Source of the DNA: Promethearchaeota archaeon
Lineage (GTDB): Archaea > Asgardarchaeota > Lokiarchaeia > Sigyniarchaeales > SOKP01
NCBI GenBank assembly: GCA_011364975.1
Contig: RDOE01000087.1
Coordinates: 1-14,075 of the forward strand
DNA: 14,075 nt
Direction of reading: 5' to 3'
Of the stretch, positions 7,817-14,075 are shown piece after piece. Every line of letters starts with the position of its first letter. Position 1 is the stretch's first letter. A model generated the notes under the pieces. That model had not been told where the DNA came from and ran no database searches. It was given only the letters and a program-made list of their open reading frames with translations. Made by a program: the position numbers and the translations under genes.

Positions 7817-8109
7817 ATTTGTCACAAATATTTTTTCTTATTTTATGAATTATAATTTATTTTATCTTTGGTATTATTTTAAAATTTATATTTCCTATGA
7901 AGAGTACAAATTTGAGAATTTAAAGGTTAATCGTTATATAATAAAAAGCAAAGATGGTAATTAATTTCAAAGTATTAGTGTGAAATTTCATTTAATGAGG
8001 TGCTATATTCTCAACAATGCTCTTTTTTTATAATTAAGTTGATTTTCCCTTGCCAATTAAAAGGTAGTTTAAGATACTTTAATTATAAAATAAACAGATA
8101 TGTAAAAAG

Positions 8110-8706
8110 TTATAGTGATGCTAAAAAGTCTGAAACGGCTTCATCAGAGATTTCTTCATCAACCAATTTATCATCTAGCATTTCACCGATTAAATCAAAT
8201 TTAAACGAACATTTCTCTCCACCCGTTAAGATGCATTCTATTTCTTTTCCCTCAGCCTCTATTCCTAAAACATCTAGAAACCCTGCAAATACCCCTTGAT
8301 AAAGAAGACACAAATTTTTTGCCATAATGCTCTCTTTATCTTCTGTTGCCAACGATTCGTAGACATTAACTATTAAGTGATCTTTTTTAAACATTCCTGT
8401 TAATGCTCCATACCCTAGCAACATCAATACTTCCAGAGACCCTAGGAAAACCTCTTTTTTGGTAGCAATCGTTTCTTTGCTCCAGTCTTTATTGTAAAAG
8501 AATTTTTCCATAAATGTCTTACCAAGTGTTTTTCCTACCCATATTAAAATATCATCCGCATTAGTGCCAGCAAATTCGCAAAATTCCATTATTTCGTTGG
8601 GTCTGAGCATTACTAATCTCAAACCTTTTTTTTTGTCTCCTAAAAAGAGTTGACCTTCTTTATCTTCAATATTTATTTCGAGGTCTTTTTTAAGTCGTTT
8701 AAACAT
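8110..8706 (-). CDS. V4R (4-vinyl reductase) domain protein, H-NOX/TRAPP-Bet3 fold superfamily
   Basis: Motifs 'ILIWVGKTLGK', 'LGYGAL', 'NLCLLYQGVFAGFL' and the terminal 'EIECILTGGEKCSFKF' give the V4R C...E-x2-C-x7-C zinc signature. Acidic C-terminal tail. Confidence 0.85.
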   Translation of the reverse strand: MFKRLKKDLEINIEDKEGQLFLGDKKKGLRLVMLRPNEIMEFCEFAGTNADDILIWVGKTLGKTFMEKFFYNKDWSKETIATKKEVFLGSLEVLMLLGYGALTGMFKKDHLIVNVYESLATEDKESIMAKNLCLLYQGVFAGFLDVLGIEAEGKEIECILTGGEKCSFKFDLIGEMLDDKLVDEEISDEAVSDFLASL

Positions 8707-8835
8707 AATTCAGTCCTTAGTAATATTGACAAATCTATTATAAATAACCATTAAGAGAATAACTATTATAATAGAAATTTAATCGTCTAGATTTATAAAC
8801 TTATGGATAAAACTTAGGCAAAAAGACGAGTTAGT

Positions 8836-9867
8836 TTATACGTAATTAAGAACGATATTTACAACTTCTTCAATATGATAATTAGTTTTTACAGATGTAA
8901 GGATAAATTTCCACTCGATATTAGTTAGCTTTTCAAGCTCAAAAAAATCAATTATTTCATTTTCAATTCTTTCAATTTGTTGATTGCCTGGATTATTGAG
9001 ATTCTTAATTAAATCGACTTTATTTCCTAAAATTACTAAAAGAGCATCTGAAAAATCATGTTTATTGATTATATTCCACAATTCTTTCTTAGCTTCTTCA
9101 AATCGAATTTGATTAGCCACATCGATCATATAAATGATAATATTTGATTCTTGAATTCCATTTAACCACTGTTCTCTAAAGATAAATTGACCTCCCATAT
9201 CCCAAAAGGAATATACTCCACTGGGTTTTTGAAGATATTCAATATTAAATTTACGTGTAGGTGAATAGTAATTGTCGTTAAACTGCCCAGTCTTTATTCT
9301 TCTTATGAAGGATGATTTCCCAGCGTTATCAATTCCGAATAAAAAAACTTTTGCAGAAATTCCCGCTGGATGGATAGAAATTTTAGGATATTTATCAAGG
9401 ATCTCATCCCCATATCTACGTATGTCAATAAATAACGTAATTAAGAAATTTTCAATTTCCATTTCATCTTCAAAATAGCAACACTTTTCAGCGTTCAAAA
9501 GTTCATTAGCTTGATCTTCAAAAATTTCTTTATAATCATATGGGTTATCATCTTTTTCAAAGATTAACCCAATAAGTATTGTTGAATTGATGCAAAGTGT
9601 AAAAATATTATATTGGTCGATATTTTGAGGTATAGGTGAGCTAATGGTAAACTCTTTAGAAATTTTTTGAATTAAATCCAATTTCTGATTATTGTCATTA
9701 TTGAGATTGTGGGATTTATATTTTTCTCCCTTTTCATGACCAGATATAATTTTTTGGATGAAATTGAGATCTTCCTTCCTTGTTAAATCTTCAGGATAAC
9801 TATATATATCAAGATGGTTCAAATTTTGAGGATTTTTTCCTTTTAGGAGAAAAATTTTTGTTAACAA
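8836..9867 (-). CDS. Arf/Arl-like small GTPase with an approximately 165-aa N-terminal putative longin/uDENN-like domain
   Basis: G1 GIDNAGKS, G2 SPT, G3 WDMGGQ, G4 NKVD and G5 TSVK. The Arf-like 'FREQW', 'IIYMIDVA..RFEEAKKEL' are present. The N-terminal beta-beta-alpha-beta-beta-beta-alpha pattern (YSYPEDL...ILIGLIFEKDDNPYDYKEIF) suggests a longin fold (inference). TTG start. Confidence 0.85.
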   Translation of the reverse strand: MLTKIFLLKGKNPQNLNHLDIYSYPEDLTRKEDLNFIQKIISGHEKGEKYKSHNLNNDNNQKLDLIQKISKEFTISSPIPQNIDQYNIFTLCINSTILIGLIFEKDDNPYDYKEIFEDQANELLNAEKCCYFEDEMEIENFLITLFIDIRRYGDEILDKYPKISIHPAGISAKVFLFGIDNAGKSSFIRRIKTGQFNDNYYSPTRKFNIEYLQKPSGVYSFWDMGGQFIFREQWLNGIQESNIIIYMIDVANQIRFEEAKKELWNIINKHDFSDALLVILGNKVDLIKNLNNPGNQQIERIENEIIDFFELEKLTNIEWKFILTSVKTNYHIEEVVNIVLNYV

Positions 9868-10028
9868 AGAATTATCTCGATGGTGTTTTACCTTAATGTG
9901 TTAAATTAAGAGTATTTAAAAAAAGTTTGTAATTAAGCTATTATTAAGACTTTTATACATTTTGTTCTTTAAATACTTGAACGGGGGTATCTAGTTAATT
10001 TCTAATAGTTGTTTATGCAAAAATAAAT

Positions 10029-11420
10029 TTAGGACTCTTTATTCTCATTTTTCTCTGCTTCTTGATTGGAATCATTATCTATAGTTTCTTTTTCATCAAT
10101 TCCTTTTGTTTCGGAGGATTCTTCAGAAGGCTTTTCCCCTACAGGAGTTTCACAAATAGGACATGTAGTCCATCCGGGACGTAAAGAATAACCACAATTA
10201 GAACATTCGATGAGACTTTCATCAGGTTTCCATTCTGGTATGTTAAGCGCGCCTCCCCTCCTTTCTTTTGCTAATTCTTGTAATTGCTCTTCTGTCCAAA
10301 CTTCCATTCCTTCTGGAATTCCAGACCCTCTTTCCTGAGAGAATTTAGCCAGATCATCTACTGTCCAAGTAGGTAAATTAGGTTGGGAAGATAATCTTTG
10401 CTGTGCTTGTTGAGCAAGTTCTTCTGAAGTCCATACTTTGAGTTCTTGACCACCAGGAGTTCTGATTGCTCCAGATCCTTGGGACGTATCTTGCACAGAA
10501 GCGGTCGCTTCGTCCATTGATATAGACGGTACATTACAACTCGCGGCAGATAATTTCAATAATGCCTCGAAACATTCTTCATATTTAGTATTTTCAGAGC
10601 TCTGATTTGTAACTACAACCAAACTTTTTTTATCTGCGGGTAACGGTATTATAATGCTACAAACATTAATATCTGATATTGCTTGTTCAGAATCTACATC
10701 AGGTGAAATTTTTTTCATAGAACTCATTAATTCAGAATCTTTCATGAAGAAATCACAAATAGGATCACCATGCCGTTGATAACCTTCATGATATTTTGCT
10801 AATTGATTTTTAGTTAGAGGGGAGTCGAATGATTTTATAATAGCGTTAATATATGGAAAGTTATGAGCCTTTGGTATGCTTTTCGTTTCATCTATCTTAA
10901 AACCTCCAAGATCTAAATTTCCCATTAATGGAGCAAATAGTGGTTCTTCACCCTTTATTTTTCCATAAATTGTGGTTCTACCAGTAAAGCATTTTACTTC
11001 ACCATAATAAGCTATCTGGTTATCATAAAATTGAACTTTACCATCATAAACAAGAGTGGGCATAGTGCAAAATATTACATCCATCCAAGGTAATTCTTTT
11101 ACCGGAATTATGACAGTACAAGTTTTTATTATCATTTCAGATAATTTCTTTAAATAATCCTTTAGATCTTTTTTAATATCCTTATATTTTTCTCTTTCTA
11201 ATTCTTTATTGGCTTTATTCAATAATTCATTAAACTTTTCCTCATTCTTCTTAATTGAGCCACCCAACGCTTTAAGTTCTCCGATGATATTATCTTTTAA
11301 TATAAATGTAGCATCATCAATAACTTCTTTTTGAAGTTCTGTTAGTTCCTCAACAAGATATTCGCTAATATCAAAATTTAAACTATTTATGAACATATCA
11401 AACAATTTTGATTCTGACAA
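10029..11420 (-). CDS. Hypothetical protein with WTxEEL-type repeats, C-terminal C4 zinc finger and acidic tail
   Basis: 463-aa ORF with a TTG start preceded by SD-like GAAGGTAA. Features are an N-terminal coiled-coil-like segment, a central alpha/beta region, three WT-x-(E/D)-(E/D/Q)-L repeats, CSNC-x10-CPIC and a Glu/Asn-rich tail. Confidence 0.8.
   Translation of the reverse strand: MSESKLFDMFINSLNFDISEYLVEELTELQKEVIDDATFILKDNIIGELKALGGSIKKNEEKFNELLNKANKELEREKYKDIKKDLKDYLKKLSEMIIKTCTVIIPVKELPWMDVIFCTMPTLVYDGKVQFYDNQIAYYGEVKCFTGRTTIYGKIKGEEPLFAPLMGNLDLGGFKIDETKSIPKAHNFPYINAIIKSFDSPLTKNQLAKYHEGYQRHGDPICDFFMKDSELMSSMKKISPDVDSEQAISDINVCSIIIPLPADKKSLVVVTNQSSENTKYEECFEALLKLSAASCNVPSISMDEATASVQDTSQGSGAIRTPGGQELKVWTSEELAQQAQQRLSSQPNLPTWTVDDLAKFSQERGSGIPEGMEVWTEEQLQELAKERRGGALNIPEWKPDESLIECSNCGYSLRPGWTTCPICETPVGEKPSEESSETKGIDEKETIDNDSNQEAEKNENKES
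10222..10445 (-). repeat. Intragenic protein-level tandem repeat, 22-23 aa period
   Basis: LKVWTSEELAQQAQQR / LPTWTVDDLAKFSQER / MEVWTEEQLQELAKER / IPEWKPDE. Trp codons are at 10431-33, 10365-67, 10296-98 and 10230-32 (spacing 66, 69, 66 nt). Confidence 0.8.
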
Positions 11421-11837
11421 AATATTTACCTTCGCAGATTGATTTGTTGTTTTTATAAATATATCAACTTAATGAATATAAAAATTTATTTGAAAATCAT
11501 TTTAATTTGTTTTTACATAATTTTGAAACTATTCTTCATAAATGATCAAGAATGACTCAAAATTGTTGCATAAAGTTGTTCAGATCTCGTTTGAAAAGAG
11601 GGTTCCATTATATTTTCTTTTTAACCGTATAAATTTTGAAGTAAATAATTGATTCCTAACATATTTTATAGAGAACGATTCTTCTTGTATTTTCTTCGAG
11701 ATCTCTAGATATCTCCTCGATTAAATTGCCTAACGCTTTTATTGATATTGACTTAATTTATAAATTCTTACTTTTTAAATTCAAAATTTTTAGATTCAAA
11801 TGACAAATATTTTATCATAAAGATATTAGTATATCCT

Positions 11838-12872
11838 ATGCCAAATAATACGAAAAAACCGATCGAGGTTTATTTTATAGATAAAATCCCTCTAAACGTT
11901 CAAAATTATTTAATTAACAATTTAAGCCACTTAGAGAATGTAAAACTTAATTTTATTGATAAAGTACAAGAAGAATATATTTTAGAGAATATCTCAGAAG
12001 CGCATATTATAATCGGATGGCGGCCAACATTAAAAATGTTAGAAAAAGCGGATAATTTAAAATTAGTAATTAACCCTGGGGCAGGAATTAGACATCTTTT
12101 AGATACTTTTCGGGAGATTAATAAAAAACGTAAAATTAATCTCGTAAATGGACATGGAAATTCCTATTTTGTGGCTCAACATGCGGTTGCTTTGTTATTA
12201 TCTCTAATGAATAAAATTATACCTCATCATGAGTGGATGAAAGAAGGAAAATGGAGGACTGGAGACAAAGAAGGTGCTTCAATTCCACTTAGATTTCGGA
12301 AAGTAGGATTATTTGGTTATGGTGCTATAAATCAGAAAGTGCATCAGATGTTAGCTGGATTTGAAGTTGAATTTTCCATACTTAGAAAGCATTGGGACAA
12401 ACAAACTCAAGAACTGATAACTCCTGCTAAAAAGTATCAATTTTGGCAATTTCATGACTTTCTTAAAGAAATTGATATTTTAATTATTGCCGTACCCGCA
12501 ACCACTATTACTGAAGGGATAATACAGCAAAAAGAATTAGAATTATTAGGCCCTAATGCTTTGATTGTCAATGTTGCGCGAGGTGAAATAATAAATGAAG
12601 CAAATTTATATAATTCTTTAAAGGAAAATGTTATTGCTGGAGCTGCAATTGATGTGTGGTATAATTATGATCCACAAAATAATGAAAATGGTAAAAAATA
12701 TCCATATAGTTTTCCATTTCACAAACTTGATAACATAATTTTATCTCCCCATCGAGGATACTCCCCATTTAGCGATTTATTACGATGGAATGAAGTTATC
12801 GAAAATATTTCACGAATGAGTCAAGGAAGGAATGATTTTGTTAATCTCGTATCCTTAGAGGATGAATATTAA
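11838..12872 (+). CDS. D-isomer-specific 2-hydroxyacid dehydrogenase (SerA/glyoxylate-hydroxypyruvate reductase-like)
   Basis: PGAG, N..VAQHAVALLL, Rossmann VGLFGYGAI, AVPATTITEGII, NVARG (catalytic Arg), AAIDVW and LSPH (catalytic His). Confidence 0.92.
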   Translation: MPNNTKKPIEVYFIDKIPLNVQNYLINNLSHLENVKLNFIDKVQEEYILENISEAHIIIGWRPTLKMLEKADNLKLVINPGAGIRHLLDTFREINKKRKINLVNGHGNSYFVAQHAVALLLSLMNKIIPHHEWMKEGKWRTGDKEGASIPLRFRKVGLFGYGAINQKVHQMLAGFEVEFSILRKHWDKQTQELITPAKKYQFWQFHDFLKEIDILIIAVPATTITEGIIQQKELELLGPNALIVNVARGEIINEANLYNSLKENVIAGAAIDVWYNYDPQNNENGKKYPYSFPFHKLDNIILSPHRGYSPFSDLLRWNEVIENISRMSQGRNDFVNLVSLEDEY

Positions 12873-13170
12873 CTTTACATGTATCTAATGGTATTTGAAA
12901 ATAAATCGGATTTTTCATAGGAAGAAGTTGAAAAACATTTTTTTCTTCAGATTTAAAAGACTCACACTTTTTGTTTAGCAATAAACAAAAAAAATTTAAA
13001 TTATTTTCAATTACTTTAAAAATTTTTCAAAAATAATTTCATTTTACGCTGTAAAGCATTATTTTTTACAAAAATATTTAGAGTATCTCCCAATAACTTT
13101 AAATTCTTATTTAGTCAAAGATATATTAAATCGGGTAAAATTTGAATTTTAAAAATATATTAACCCACTA

Positions 13171-13190
13171 AAAAAAAAGGTTTATATATC
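13171..13190 (+). promoter_or_regulatory. BRE-TATA archaeal promoter for the RHH regulator gene
   Basis: Purine-rich AAAAAAAAGG directly followed by TTTATATA (13181-13188), about 65 bp upstream of ATG 13254. Confidence 0.6.
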
Positions 13191-13253
13191 ATTTAGCAAT
13201 AAATAATTATATAAAAAAAATTTCAGAAGAAAAAGGTTAAGGCGGTTTAAGCA

Positions 13254-13544
13254 ATGAAAATTGTTACAGTTAATGTTCCCGAAAGTTATATAGATGCGAT
13301 TGAAAAATTAATTGGAGATGGAGGACTTTATCCATCTAGGTCTGAACTAATCCGATGCGCAGTTCGAGACTTTCTTTTAAAAGAGCTTAGAAACGCCAAC
13401 GATTTATTAAGATATAATGAAACAGAAATTGAGGATTTTGACGATGAAAATTTCGTACGGGTCCCTATGGAAAGTGTAAACGAGAAATCAGAACCTGTTC
13501 GAGAATTTAAAACCTATAAAATTATAAAACGATTAGAATATTAG
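13254..13544 (+). CDS. Ribbon-helix-helix (CopG/Arc/MetJ) transcriptional regulator
   Basis: MKIVTVNVPESYIDAIEKLI..GLYPSRSELIRCAVRDFL has the RHH beta-strand plus the G-Y-x-S-R-S-E-x-I-R motif. Confidence 0.92.
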   Translation: MKIVTVNVPESYIDAIEKLIGDGGLYPSRSELIRCAVRDFLLKELRNANDLLRYNETEIEDFDDENFVRVPMESVNEKSEPVREFKTYKIIKRLEY

Positions 13545-13595
13545 GAAGGAGTTGAATCCATAAAGGATTTATTAATTAAAGTTGGCTTTTAAGCA

Positions 13596-13624
13596 TTCTT
13601 TTTACTTTTCTTTTTTTTTATTTT
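13596..13624 (+). terminator. Oligo-T archaeal terminator-like tract after the RHH gene
   Basis: TTCTTTTTACTTTTCTTTTTTTTTATTTT about 50 bp after the stop codon. Confidence 0.55.
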
Positions 13625-13854
13625 AAGAATAATGTAAGGTATAAATAAAAAACATCATACTTACATTTGTGTATAAGTGAAAAAAAACATATTATAATGA
13701 AAAAAATATAAACATTATCATATTTTATATAAAAATTCATTTATGTAAATAAAATTATATCTAAAGAATATTGCTTCTATCAAATTAAGATTATTCATTT
13801 AATGTTTAAAAGTATAATAATCTAGATCTCTATTAATAAGAAGGAAGGTGAGTT

Positions 13855-14075
13855 TTGATTTCTAACGAAAACTCAAACTTAAATAAGAATAGATATGAAC
13901 CAAAATTCATGGAATGGGGTATAATTAATCACGAGAATTTTAAAGGAAAAACAACTTATGACTTACCAATAAAAAGGTGGGATCCATTATCTACTATTTC
14001 CATAAAAAGCAATGAATTTGGACTTCATAGAAACGAAAAACGTTTTTATGGTCATTATGCGTATTTATCTCCTAT
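13855..14075 (+). CDS. Hypothetical protein, 5' part (3'-truncated by window edge)
   Basis: Manual translation from TTG 13855 (alternative ATG 13909) is open to the window end: MISNENSNLNKNRYEPKFMEWGIINHENFKGKTTYDLPIKRWDPLSTISIKSNEFGLHRNEKRFYGHYAYLSP. SD-like AAGGAAGGTGA at 13841-13851. Not in the supplied ORF track. Confidence 0.65.
   Translation, partial: MISNENSNLNKNRYEPKFMEWGIINHENFKGKTTYDLPIKRWDPLSTISIKSNEFGLHRNEKRFYGHYAYLSP

Noticed and set aside
7662-8299. Plus-strand ORFs 7662-7964 and 8000-8299
   Set aside because: They overlap cdhA and V4R antisense and run into AT-rich intergenic DNA, giving F/Y/I/K- or Ser-biased translations.
8763-8774. Perfect 12-bp palindrome CTATTATAATAG upstream of the V4R gene
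   Set aside because: Almost all A/T in a very AT-rich spacer, so plausible by chance. No second copy was seen.
9272-9478. 68-aa plus-strand ORF
   Set aside because: Antisense shadow of the Arf-like GTPase.
10222-10445. WTxEE repeats as Myb/SANT or SAM domains
   Set aside because: The 22-23 aa period with G/S/P spacers is far shorter than the roughly 50-aa Myb repeat or roughly 65-aa SAM domain, and the later helices are missing.
12873-13253. AT-rich intergenic tracts (also 13545-13854) as CRISPR array, replication origin or ncRNA
   Set aside because: No regularly spaced direct repeats, ORB-like G-strings or GC-rich stems were seen.

Overview
AT-rich (roughly 30% GC by eye) archaeal chromosomal window, most likely from an Asgard archaeon of the Lokiarchaeia/Promethearchaeota type. 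This is inferred from the gene content: two multidomain small GTPases, V4R, a SNAP-like solenoid and a vWA-RING protein, alongside archaeal CdhA and MtrH. It holds 11 complete and 2 edge-truncated genes in two interleaved themes. (1) C1/Wood-Ljungdahl metabolism: an intact but stand-alone cdhA followed by a minimal CooJ-type nickel chaperone (H-W-x2-H-x3-H motif), a degenerate MtrH paralogue and a D-2-hydroxyacid dehydrogenase. (2) Candidate eukaryotic-signature proteins: an alpha-SNAP-like TPR protein, a vWA plus double C4HC3-RING protein resembling TFIIH p44/Ssl1, a HhH-Rag-like GTPase-roadblock fusion, a V4R (TRAPP/Bet3-fold) protein next to a putative longin-Arf-like GTPase, and a protein with novel WTxEEL repeats and a FYVE-like WxPD zinc finger. 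No rRNA, tRNA, CRISPR array or mobile element was seen. All family comparisons are from remembered motifs, not database searches.
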